Positions 33,681 to 42,521 of a DNA stretch of 61,812 nt are shown piece by piece. The DNA is taken from the IMG/VR virus record IMGVR_UViG_3300037264_006254, positions 1 through 61,812 of that record; one strand, given 5' to 3'. Source of the stretch: a virus (Duplodnaviria; Caudoviricetes). The notes beneath the pieces were generated by a model. The model did no database searches, was not told where the DNA came from, and was given only the letters and a program-made list of their open reading frames with translations. The position numbers and the translations under genes were made by a program. Numbering within the stretch: position 1 is the stretch's first letter; each line of letters begins with the position of its first letter.

Positions 33681-33912
33681 CGCGATCGGCCTCCCGTTGG
33701 GCGGCCGCGGCGGGGTGGCACCGATGCTGCACCGCTGCGCGCGTCGCCCGTTCTCGAGTCGGGTAGCCGATCTCGAACTCGTGGCCGTAGCCCCAACAAC
33801 CGTCGCATTCGATGATCCAGAGACCGCCGCGTGCGAGCCACGCATCCTGGTGATAGCGGACGAGCGTGACTTCGGTGGGGATATATGGGCCGGTGCCACG
33901 CATCTTGGTCAT
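33673..33912 (-). CDS. Small hypothetical protein
   Basis: GGGAGG SD; W.IECDGC...H.C. Confidence 0.5.
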   Translation of the reverse strand: MTKMRGTGPYIPTEVTLVRYHQDAWLARGGLWIIECDGCWGYGHEFEIGYPTRERATRAAVQHRCHPAAAAQREADRDD

Positions 33913-34034
33913 CGTCGTGCCTCCCTTGCTTGCTGCCATGCCCGCCCATCCCAACCTTCTTCGTAGTACTCTTCTTCGATCGCTGCTTCCATGTGATGCT
34001 CCTGGTAGTTGCGGCTTCTGTAGCCGATGCCACC

Positions 34035-34048
34035 ATTGTATCACACTT
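34035..34048 (-). promoter_or_regulatory. Extended -10 promoter AAGTGTGATACAAT
   Basis: Identical 14-mer at 43484-43497. Confidence 0.6.
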
Positions 34049-36086
34049 GGAGGGTCAGCTGTTTCAACTTCAACGGCGTGGGGCCTGAGATCTCACAGGT
34101 GTCGTTGTTGCAGAAGAGCTCACCGGCCGCATCCTCACCGTGGCGGTAGACGTCGGTCAAGCGCAGCCTCTCGAGGCCCTCCGTGGTGCTCTCCCAGGTC
34201 TCTTCCGTGATCGACTCATACGGCATCTGCGCGTACGCCCCACCCTCTAGGATCGGCAGGAAGGACATCGACTTGAGCTGGCCGTCGAAGCTTCGCAGGA
34301 GCGGGCCGAGCTGATTCTTCTCGTCCTCACGGAATGTGAAGGTGGCTGAGACCTGGTTGTCCGCCCAGTGGCGTTGCATCAACGCGGCGAGGGCGACCTT
34401 CTCCCAGACCGATACCTCTTTGCTGGAGCGGCCGGCCGGGCCACGAGTCGGGAAGGACACGACGACCGTGTTGTCTGGGTCCATGACGTCGGGCTCGATG
34501 TGGTATCCCGCTGCCTTGATGGCGCTGAGCACGAGCTCGTCCTGGCGAAAGCGCTGGCGACGAATGTAGGTCGACTCCTCCGGCCAGTGAACGCCCGGCC
34601 ACACGCCTGCCAAGAGAGAAACCGTCCCCGACGGTTTCACACTCGTCGTCTTGATCGACTCACGAACACCGAGCCACTCCGAGTAGCGCCGGTCGCGCTC
34701 CTGCACGGCGTCGTATCCCACATCCATCCACTCCCGCAGCTCCGTCCACCCGTTTCGCTCAGCGAACAGTGCGACGCCGGAAGCGGAGCAGCCGATCCGG
34801 CGGTTGCGCGCCATGACCTCATTTGTCTCCGGCCAATGCGTCGGCAGCAGGGTCACTGCCTTCGCGTAGAGGTATGCGTGCTTCAAGGTGGCGACGTAGT
34901 CGTTCAGGTTCTCACAGTTGGTCGGGAACGTCTCGACGAGGGTGCAACACTCATCCGCCTCGAGCGACTGCTCGCCACACGGATTCGTTCCGACGACGCG
35001 GTGGTCTACCCCGGTCGGGGCGTCGCCGAGTCTGCCGTGAGAGCGCGCCAGGTCAAGGAAGATGAGACCAGGCTCACCGTTCAGGGCGATGGACTCGATG
35101 AGGTGATCGTGATCAGTGCCGACGGCCGTGATGACGGAGTTGTTGGACAGGAACGCCCACCCATCCGGGCCGCAGCGGTCCGGGTTGACCTCTGGGTCCT
35201 TGAGGTGGAGGAACTCCTCGTTGTCGACCGGGCCGAGTGCGATCTCTGCTGATCTGCGAACGTTGCCGGCGACGACGCACTTGCCGATCAGGTTCATGAT
35301 GTCCGTGATGTCCGTGACCGTCAGAGTCTCGCCGGCGCGATGCTCAAACAATGAGGTGATCGACTCGTGGAGGCGCTTCAGCGGGCCGGGACCGGAGGCG
35401 GTGCCGCCGAAGCCTCGGATCGGCTCGCCGGCCGGCCGAATGTCACCGTAGTCGAAGATCGGAAGACCGTGCCCATTCGTGAGATATGCGCGAAGCAGCT
35501 GGTCGACACTGGCGGTCCAACCCTCGCGTGAGTCCGCGATGACCGTGGTCTCGAACTGGCGTACCGGCTTTTGGATCATGAGCTTTCCCGCGCCATCCAC
35601 GTCAAAGCCGACACCGATGCCGAGCATGCTCATCTCCATCAGCCTGGTGAAGGGCCGGGTGGGCACGCGCGGGCCAAGGTGTGCGGTGCTCACGAACGCA
35701 CAGTTCTGCAGCGCGGCGCTACCGTTCTTGCTGATGAACTCCGTGCCCATCATCCAAAGGCCGCGACCCGGTGGAAGCCACTTGAAGTTGAACATGCGGT
35801 CGAACGCGTCCTCCGCGCTTCGCGCCGCCTTCACGCCATTCCACGGCGTTCGATTCTTCGCGCAGTGGTCCTTCAGGATGGAGTAGTAGCCCTCGACCAC
35901 GCGACGGCAGGTCTCATGCCACCGCTCCTTGGTTCCGTTGGCCTTGAGTCGCGAGTACTTGGCGAGGTATGTGAGCTCACCGAGTGTGTTGCCGCCGCCG
36001 GTTGGGAAGCCCCAATGAACGGCCTTGCGTGCGTATCCCTGGACGAAGTCGTCGGACAGATTGAACGAGAGATGCTCAGCAGGCAC
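34041..36086 (-). CDS. nrdJ: Class II (adenosylcobalamin-dependent) monomeric-type ribonucleotide reductase
   Basis: PPGRGLW, LQNCAF, GNVRRSAEI, TNPCGEQ, TSVKPSGTVS, C-terminal FC..D.C. Confidence 0.92.
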   Translation of the reverse strand: MPAEHLSFNLSDDFVQGYARKAVHWGFPTGGGNTLGELTYLAKYSRLKANGTKERWHETCRRVVEGYYSILKDHCAKNRTPWNGVKAARSAEDAFDRMFNFKWLPPGRGLWMMGTEFISKNGSAALQNCAFVSTAHLGPRVPTRPFTRLMEMSMLGIGVGFDVDGAGKLMIQKPVRQFETTVIADSREGWTASVDQLLRAYLTNGHGLPIFDYGDIRPAGEPIRGFGGTASGPGPLKRLHESITSLFEHRAGETLTVTDITDIMNLIGKCVVAGNVRRSAEIALGPVDNEEFLHLKDPEVNPDRCGPDGWAFLSNNSVITAVGTDHDHLIESIALNGEPGLIFLDLARSHGRLGDAPTGVDHRVVGTNPCGEQSLEADECCTLVETFPTNCENLNDYVATLKHAYLYAKAVTLLPTHWPETNEVMARNRRIGCSASGVALFAERNGWTELREWMDVGYDAVQERDRRYSEWLGVRESIKTTSVKPSGTVSLLAGVWPGVHWPEESTYIRRQRFRQDELVLSAIKAAGYHIEPDVMDPDNTVVVSFPTRGPAGRSSKEVSVWEKVALAALMQRHWADNQVSATFTFREDEKNQLGPLLRSFDGQLKSMSFLPILEGGAYAQMPYESITEETWESTTEGLERLRLTDVYRHGEDAAGELFCNNDTCEISGPTPLKLKQLTLQV

Positions 36087-36125
36087 GGATCCTCTTAGGA
36101 TTTTGGGGCGGGAAAGGTTCTGATC

Positions 36126-36707
36126 TTACAGCAGCTGTGTCTGGGCAATCCCGCACGTTGCGAAGAACTCGGCAGTTCGTTGAGGTTCCCGGTCTCGGTC
36201 AGCCTCAGTAATGCGATACACGACGCGAATGAGCCCACTGTTGGAGAGATTCTTCGCGCACCCGAAACACGGGCAGCTGGTTACGTACGCCGTTCCGCCG
36301 ATGAGACACTTATGATCAGCGAACACCAAGGCGTTGACCTCAGAGTGAACAGACACACAATCATCATACGAAAGTGAGCCGCCGGTCTTTGCTCGCTCAC
36401 AGAAGGTATCGCAGGTCTCATTTGCGTCGAGCAATCGCTTGGCGCCGATTCGTTCGTACTCAACACGAAAACCGCCCGGCGGTCCGTTATAGCCGGCGGC
36501 AATGAGCTGATTGTCCACGGACACGAGCACACAACCTGCTCGGCGCCGCACACAGCGACTACGAAGCGCGATGGTGTCGGCCACGGCCATCCACGTCTCA
36601 TCCCAAGTCGGTCTTAGCGACACTTGAGCCGGCTCTTGCTCGGTTCCGTCAGGGTTCATGTGGTCGTGGTGCATAGGAAGTCGTCTTACAGAATCTTCGT
36701 CGGCCAT
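36126..36707 (-). CDS. dCMP deaminase
   Basis: RPTWDE, GYNG, HSEVNA, PC..C. Confidence 0.9.
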   Translation of the reverse strand: MADEDSVRRLPMHHDHMNPDGTEQEPAQVSLRPTWDETWMAVADTIALRSRCVRRRAGCVLVSVDNQLIAAGYNGPPGGFRVEYERIGAKRLLDANETCDTFCERAKTGGSLSYDDCVSVHSEVNALVFADHKCLIGGTAYVTSCPCFGCAKNLSNSGLIRVVYRITEADRDREPQRTAEFFATCGIAQTQLL

Positions 36708-36862
36708 CGTCGCTGCTCCCAGAGTGAGGTGCGTACGCGTAGAGAGGTGAACGTCCGTTCGATCTTGATCAGGCCCTGCACCAGTGTGGCACGAAGGAAC
36801 CTACGCTGCCAGGGCGTGTGAATGACTTGTGTGACCTTATCTGACTCATTCGCTACATCCAT
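36686..36862 (-). CDS. Small hypothetical protein
   Basis: Fills the gap between resolvase and deaminase genes. Confidence 0.3.
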   Translation of the reverse strand: MDVANESDKVTQVIHTPWQRRFLRATLVQGLIKIERTFTSLRVRTSLWEQRRWPTKIL

Positions 36863-37307
36863 GATCCCCCAATCGAATGAGCTTATCCTTCGCCAGGCGA
36901 TAGCAAAGGTGTCGCATTGCATCGTTCGCGTGACCCTTGCCCTTGGTATGGTATCCCAACGTCTTCAGACGTGAGTCGGTAAACAGATTCATCACGTCGG
37001 ACGGCGCCTGCAGCGACATTGGCTCAACACCGTGAATTCGCGCGAGGTATCGGCAGACGCCAATCACCCCCAGAGCTTCCAATGATCCCGCGGTTGATGA
37101 CTTGATTGTCCGCATGGAGATGGTGAACCTCTCCACGATGAGAATCGTTAGCGGACCCCAAGCCTCGAGTGTGTTGTTCAACCAGTCTTCGAAGGACTCA
37201 GACTTCGCTTGATCCGCGTTCACACGGTGGACGACACCATTACTTGTCTCCGCCCACGCGAAGCCGGTGTGAGGGCCGGGGTCAACCGCGACGTAGAGTT
37301 GATTCAC
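36846..37307 (-). CDS. RuvC-like Holliday junction resolvase
   Basis: VAVDPG..TG, IVERF, H..DA..H. Confidence 0.75.
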   Translation of the reverse strand: MNQLYVAVDPGPHTGFAWAETSNGVVHRVNADQAKSESFEDWLNNTLEAWGPLTILIVERFTISMRTIKSSTAGSLEALGVIGVCRYLARIHGVEPMSLQAPSDVMNLFTDSRLKTLGYHTKGKGHANDAMRHLCYRLAKDKLIRLGDHGCSE

Positions 37308-39040
37308 TTGCTCCACCGGTCCATCGGCTGCGACGCGTCCACCGCGAGCGGAACCTTGAAGTTGGTGCGGTCTTCCATCGCGGGGATCGCGCGGGCACGC
37401 ATTTCGAAAGCCTCATCAGTCGGTACCTCCATGATAACTTCGTCGTGAACCGGCAAGCGCAGGGTCGGACCGAGCTCCACAAGATCAAGGTTGACCAATG
37501 CGCGCTTGAAGACGTCGGCAGCCGTGGCCTGGATCAGGAAGTTGACGCCGGCGTACAGCCGATCGTTGTCCACCACGAGCCGTCGGCCGAACGGCGTGCG
37601 AACCCACGCCTTGCCCTCTTCCTTCAGGCGACCGCGCATGACCTCCTCGAGATCATGCTGAAACTTGGTGGCGCCGGGAAACATGATCTCATACTTTTCA
37701 TAGAACGCCTTGCCCTCTGCCTCACTGATGCCGGCGGTCTGTGCGAACTTCCGCGACCCACCGCCGAACACACGGCAGAAGTTGGCGCTCTTCGTTACCT
37801 GATACTGAGCCCTCGAGGGCTCAGCGTCGCCGAGATCGTACACCTCTTGTGCGACGATCGTGTGAAGACTGTAGCCCGCCCGAATCCGTTCGATCATCTG
37901 CTCTTCATTGGCGAAGTGCGCGAACAGCCGCATCTCCACCTGCTCGAAGTCGATGCTGAGGAGCTTGTGATCGTCGCGCGGGATGAACGCGTTGCGAACG
38001 ACGTCACCGCGCGGGAGAGTCTGCAGCGCCGGTTCCGTGATCGACATGCGACCGGTTCGAGCGCCGACCTGGCGGATCATCATGTGAAGCACGTCACCGT
38101 CACGAAGCTCCAGGAAGTTCTTGAAGTACGTGTTCGCGATCTTCTGGGCCTTCCGTGTGTTGAGAACGGCGGCGGCGAGAGGGTGTTCGAGAGCCTCTAG
38201 CACCTCCATATCCAGGCGCAACGCACCGCCCGGAGTTCGGCTGGTGAGCTCCACCCCGTCCCGTGTCAACCGGCCGGTCACGTCCTTGTTGGAGCCGGGA
38301 TGGACGCCGTACTCTGACTGGCACCAGTGCTGCATCTGTTCGTGATATGCAATCAGGCGCTCGTACTTGGTCTCGCAGTACTCCACATCAATACGCGCGC
38401 CGGTCATCTCCATGCCGAACAGGACAGAGGAGGTGGCACGTTCGAGGTCGTACATGCTCTCCATGCCGAGCTCACGCACCTGAGGTATCATCAACTCCCA
38501 GAGCTGAGCCGAGAGGATCGCGTCAAGCGCACCGTACGCCCAATAGGCAGGCAACTCGATCGGGACGGTCTTCCACGTCCATTTGTTCTTGTTCATCGCC
38601 TCTTGCAGCATCGCCTCACCGGCGACTGCGTTCGGGTCGATGAGTCGGGCTGCCAGGTTCTTCAGGCCGAGTCGCTCATTCGGTGCGAGCAGGTGGGCCA
38701 GGAGCATGGTGTCGTGAACTTGGTCGGTACCGAGTGTGATGCCGGTGTACTGCGCGAGGTATCGCTGGTCGAACCTGACGTTGTGACCGACGATCGGTCC
38801 CTCATAGTCGCGCAAACACTCCTTGACCAGGCCCTTCCAATCGTCGAAGGGAATTGACCAACCCGTCTTGGCGTCGCCGAACTGCACGAGGCGAAGATTT
38901 TCTCTCCACCAAAAAAGCCCTTCTGTTTCGGTATCAAACCCCAAAACTGGACGTCGCTCTCCCAACCATCTCTTCATCATCATTGCGTCCTCAACACACG
39001 TCACAAGATGGACTTTGACATGCTCAAGTGGACTACCCAC
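37304..39040 (-). CDS. polA: DNA polymerase, family A, with 3'-5' exonuclease domain
   Basis: DTET, HNVRFD, TGRMS..EP.LQ, DFEQVEMR, K..NF, QATAAD, VHDE. Confidence 0.93.
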   Translation of the reverse strand: MGSPLEHVKVHLVTCVEDAMMMKRWLGERRPVLGFDTETEGLFWWRENLRLVQFGDAKTGWSIPFDDWKGLVKECLRDYEGPIVGHNVRFDQRYLAQYTGITLGTDQVHDTMLLAHLLAPNERLGLKNLAARLIDPNAVAGEAMLQEAMNKNKWTWKTVPIELPAYWAYGALDAILSAQLWELMIPQVRELGMESMYDLERATSSVLFGMEMTGARIDVEYCETKYERLIAYHEQMQHWCQSEYGVHPGSNKDVTGRLTRDGVELTSRTPGGALRLDMEVLEALEHPLAAAVLNTRKAQKIANTYFKNFLELRDGDVLHMMIRQVGARTGRMSITEPALQTLPRGDVVRNAFIPRDDHKLLSIDFEQVEMRLFAHFANEEQMIERIRAGYSLHTIVAQEVYDLGDAEPSRAQYQVTKSANFCRVFGGGSRKFAQTAGISEAEGKAFYEKYEIMFPGATKFQHDLEEVMRGRLKEEGKAWVRTPFGRRLVVDNDRLYAGVNFLIQATAADVFKRALVNLDLVELGPTLRLPVHDEVIMEVPTDEAFEMRARAIPAMEDRTNFKVPLAVDASQPMDRWSK

Positions 39041-40328
39041 GCTTCTTGATCAACTTCCGCACGGCATTGATTGCTTCTTCCGGTTCGTCGAGGCGCTGCT
39101 TGATGACCTCGAGAATGTCCGCCGGTGTGATCTTACCGCCCCGCAGGGCAGGCACTTCCGTGGGAAGCTGCGCCAACTCGAGCAGTTTGACGAGCTGGTC
39201 GTCGGTGAGGTATCCGATCTCCTCGACCACGTCAGCGCGACCGGGACGGATGAGTGCGGCGTCGAGAACGCTGATGTCGTTCGTGGTCATGATCGTGATG
39301 AGACCGTGTGGTGTGACGATCCCGTCGAGCGCGTTGAGCAGCGCGGACAGACTGATGCCCCGCGCCTTGTCATCACGAGTCTTGGCGCCGTGCACCACAT
39401 CGATGTCCTCGAGGAGAAGCAGACCCTTCGCCGGCACAGCGTTGACGATGTCGATGAGGTTTGCGTCACTGTCAAGTGAGCTAAGCGAGACGTAGTGAAC
39501 GTCGAGAGCAAAGTGGGTGCCGAGGGCGCGAGCCAGGCTGGTCTTACCGGTGCCGGGCGGCCCATGAAAGAGATACCCACGGTGCCAGGGAAGTCCGAGC
39601 ACGTCGTACCGCGCCTCATTATCGAAGAAATGTTGAAGGTCAGCGACGAGCCGTTCCTTCTGTTCTTCCGGGAGGACAACCGTCTTGAGATTTCGCTTCG
39701 GCAGGTCGGATCGTGTCTGCCAATCGCCCCATCGTGTCGTCATGAGCAGGCGTGGTTCGCGCTTCTTGACGAGCGTCAGGCTGAGTCGTTCGAGCTCACT
39801 GAGCACAGAGTCGCGGCCAGCAACGTCACGCGCGGTGAAGGTGATGATCTCTTCCTTGCGGGTGAGTGCAGTATTGGCGTCAGTTCGTGTAGTCTTGTCC
39901 TCTTGGTTGAGATTGATCTTGACCTTGTGGCCGGAGATGCTCACCGTCTGTTCCTTCGAGCCATCGAAGAAGACATGAAGAGACGACGGCGGCGGCTCTG
40001 GGCTGTCAAGCCACTCGGAAAGCGATGTTGTGCGGCTGCGGTAGCGAACTGCGATCGAGCGAAGCTTGCTCTCCGGCACCTGCTTCATGAGCCACTCACG
40101 CACAACGTCATAGAGCTCATCGTCGCCGGACACGGACACGACGAACTCAGTTTCGGTGCGACGCTGATCCGCGAACTGCTTGTAGGTCTTCCACGCTCCC
40201 AGCGCGACGAAGTACGCCGTGGCTCCGCGACGAACGTGCTTTGAGTACTTGCCATCGATTGCGGCGGAGATGAGAGAGTGAGGGAAGAAACTGACCGGGT
40301 TGCTCGACCCTTCGAGCGGGTTGCTCAC
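39033..40328 (-). CDS. BCS1-like AAA+ ATPase
   Basis: PWHRGYLFHGPPGTGKTS, LEDID, LSALLNALDG, MTTN, LDAALIRPGR.D. Confidence 0.85.
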   Translation of the reverse strand: MSNPLEGSSNPVSFFPHSLISAAIDGKYSKHVRRGATAYFVALGAWKTYKQFADQRRTETEFVVSVSGDDELYDVVREWLMKQVPESKLRSIAVRYRSRTTSLSEWLDSPEPPPSSLHVFFDGSKEQTVSISGHKVKINLNQEDKTTRTDANTALTRKEEIITFTARDVAGRDSVLSELERLSLTLVKKREPRLLMTTRWGDWQTRSDLPKRNLKTVVLPEEQKERLVADLQHFFDNEARYDVLGLPWHRGYLFHGPPGTGKTSLARALGTHFALDVHYVSLSSLDSDANLIDIVNAVPAKGLLLLEDIDVVHGAKTRDDKARGISLSALLNALDGIVTPHGLITIMTTNDISVLDAALIRPGRADVVEEIGYLTDDQLVKLLELAQLPTEVPALRGGKITPADILEVIKQRLDEPEEAINAVRKLIKKRG

Positions 40329-41212
40329 TCATCCTCCTGATTGACCCAATACTTTCGAAGCTTGTCGAGGTACCAGGACTCAGCGTGATTGAACGAACCT
40401 GGCTTCACGCCCTTGACCTTTCGGCCGGCGGCGACGTCGAGAACGTAGCGAGCACGCTCTGCGATCTCAGCCCACGTCATTCCCGGCGTGCCGATACCTC
40501 CCGGCAGTTCCGGTGGTCGTTCCGGGATGTTGGTCGGCTTTAGGTAGTCGAGGATGCCGACGTCGCGCTGGTAGAGGTGAAAGGACGTGGCGTGGTGGTG
40601 GTACGGGCCGCACGGAACGCGAAGCGCGTTGGCCATCGACATCTGCAGCTGGGTGAACTGAAAGAAGTCATAGCTCACGCCCCAGATCACATCGTTGGAG
40701 CGCATGTGGGTGTGGAGCTCGAGCTTCTGATCGCGGAGCATGAACTGAAGATAGATCGTGCACGGCAGGTCGCGCGGTGCAACCGGGACTGATCGGTCGT
40801 AGTTGGCGTCCCAAATGTTGGCCACCGCCTGCCGCGTTGTTTCGTCAGTGAGGAGAAGTGCCTCGATGTCATTGAGCTGCCAGCGCAGGCGTGGGCCGTA
40901 GGCACCGTGAAGCGCGGAGCCGTCCATGAAGTCCTTGAATCGCGGCTGCACCCGCTTCATCAAGTCAGGGTCGGTGACCCCACCGATGAGCTGAAGCGCT
41001 TCGGCAGCGGCGATGCCGAGATTGAGCTTGCGACCGACGCCAACGGGAAGCGAGTCGATGGGATCGTTGAGGGTGATTGACACATCTCGAAGTTCATAAG
41101 TCACCTCTCCCCTACACTTCACAGGCTTGCCTTCTTCTCTTACCCACTGGACAAGAGAGGGATAGTCATCACGAGCATTTTCCATAATGATGTCATGTCT
41201 ACCGAAGCGCAC
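40325..41212 (-). CDS. Thymidylate-synthase-family enzyme, dCMP-type (probable dCMP hydroxymethyltransferase)
   Basis: GAYGPR, TRQA, DLPC, MRSND..WG..YD, SFHLY; Asp at the position of E. coli ThyA Asn177. Confidence 0.8.
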   Translation of the reverse strand: MRFGRHDIIMENARDDYPSLVQWVREEGKPVKCRGEVTYELRDVSITLNDPIDSLPVGVGRKLNLGIAAAEALQLIGGVTDPDLMKRVQPRFKDFMDGSALHGAYGPRLRWQLNDIEALLLTDETTRQAVANIWDANYDRSVPVAPRDLPCTIYLQFMLRDQKLELHTHMRSNDVIWGVSYDFFQFTQLQMSMANALRVPCGPYHHHATSFHLYQRDVGILDYLKPTNIPERPPELPGGIGTPGMTWAEIAERARYVLDVAAGRKVKGVKPGSFNHAESWYLDKLRKYWVNQEDE

Positions 41213-41296
41213 GTTTGCGTTCCCATCTTTTCACTTGGGCAAAGGCGCTCATATTTTGCGCTTGCCGTTTGATGTCGGTTGTGTGTGAGTCTGATC

Positions 41297-42250
41297 TCAC
41301 ATGCTCTCCAAGAGTCGTGTGTAATCAGCGATGGCGTCATGGTGAAATCGACGCCAGTATTGAGGGTGCGCGATGGCCGATGCGAAGACGCCGGTCTTCT
41401 TTGTCGCAACCTGCGCCTTCTTGCCCAGTGCGACGATGCGTGGGACGTGGTACATGCTGAACGCGCTGATGAGCGCGCGAAGGTCAACCGGTGACCCATC
41501 GCGCTCGAACGCGTTGACGATGCCGACGTTCCAAGGGTTGTACCGCCGCATGCCGAGAACGGCGCGAATGAGGTACGAGCCGCTCGAGTTCGCGTACGGT
41601 GGGAACGCCGCGAGATGCTGTGGGTACGTCGGATCATTAACGTTCGGTGCATCTCCGATGAGGAGCACGTCTGGAGCATGTGGGCCGACGTAGGATCGGG
41701 TGATGGACAGCGCATCCTCAGTCAGAGCTTGACGACGACGGGCAGCGGCGATCACAGCGGTGGGTGTCACCTGCCTTTCCTTAGGCAGAGTGGTATCGAT
41801 GGTGTGAGTGAGTGAGGGAGCGTTGGCCGCGATGTCAAGGAACATTTTCCGAGCCCGACCAACATCCTCACCTTGGAGATAGTCTTCCCCGCGGGAGTCG
41901 TAGCGGGTAAGCAGCTCCTCCAGCGAGGCAGTCACATGGATGGTGATTCCGCCGCGTGAGCGGAAGAACTGCTCGAGGTGCCACCATGACTCGGGCGAGA
42001 GACCGGGATCATTGCGATAGAGCTGTGGGTAGACACACTCACCCCAGTGTAGACGATCCGTGATGACGTGATCGAATGGCGGCTTCTGAGCGTCATCGAT
42101 TGTGAGTTCATACTCAGCAAGTGGGTGCTGTTGCGGTTGCGAAAAGTGAAGTGGCAGCACCATGTCGCGGTGTGACTCGAGCCAGGCGCGAAGCACACCT
42201 GCAGCGGTGCTCTTGCCCGCCAAGTCTACGCCCTCAAAGGCTATCAGCAT
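41297..42250 (-). CDS. dNMP (thymidylate-type) kinase fused to UDG-like domain
   Basis: FEGVDLAGKST, ITDR...GE.VY; C-terminal VLLIGDAPN, SG.YL, IVALG..A, HPQY. Confidence 0.75.
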   Translation of the reverse strand: MLIAFEGVDLAGKSTAAGVLRAWLESHRDMVLPLHFSQPQQHPLAEYELTIDDAQKPPFDHVITDRLHWGECVYPQLYRNDPGLSPESWWHLEQFFRSRGGITIHVTASLEELLTRYDSRGEDYLQGEDVGRARKMFLDIAANAPSLTHTIDTTLPKERQVTPTAVIAAARRRQALTEDALSITRSYVGPHAPDVLLIGDAPNVNDPTYPQHLAAFPPYANSSGSYLIRAVLGMRRYNPWNVGIVNAFERDGSPVDLRALISAFSMYHVPRIVALGKKAQVATKKTGVFASAIAHPQYWRRFHHDAIADYTRLLESM

Positions 42251-42521
42251 TGGATACCTCTCCCCCGCATGCCGCATATCCCGCGACATCAACCCACGTG
42301 TCCCAATGGTCCGGTGTCTCCATGAGCCGACCGAGCTTGACCGCGATCATAACAAGCGCGACATCAGTCACGGTGAGCTGTTCTCGCAGTTTGTCACCAA
42401 GTACCGCGCTCATCAGTTCAGCAATTCGCTCAAAGTTCTTACCCGGTGGGCCGTAGGCTTTGTCGCGCGGACCCTCGATGACGGCCTTTGCCTCATCAAG
42501 AATCACACCACGAATGCTCAC
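42234..42521 (-). CDS. DUF6378-like small phage protein
   Basis: G.R...YG....F..IA...DVAL.M..VK..R...H.D.WVD.AGYAAC. Confidence 0.75.
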   Translation of the reverse strand: MSIRGVILDEAKAVIEGPRDKAYGPPGKNFERIAELMSAVLGDKLREQLTVTDVALVMIAVKLGRLMETPDHWDTWVDVAGYAACGGEVSNADSL

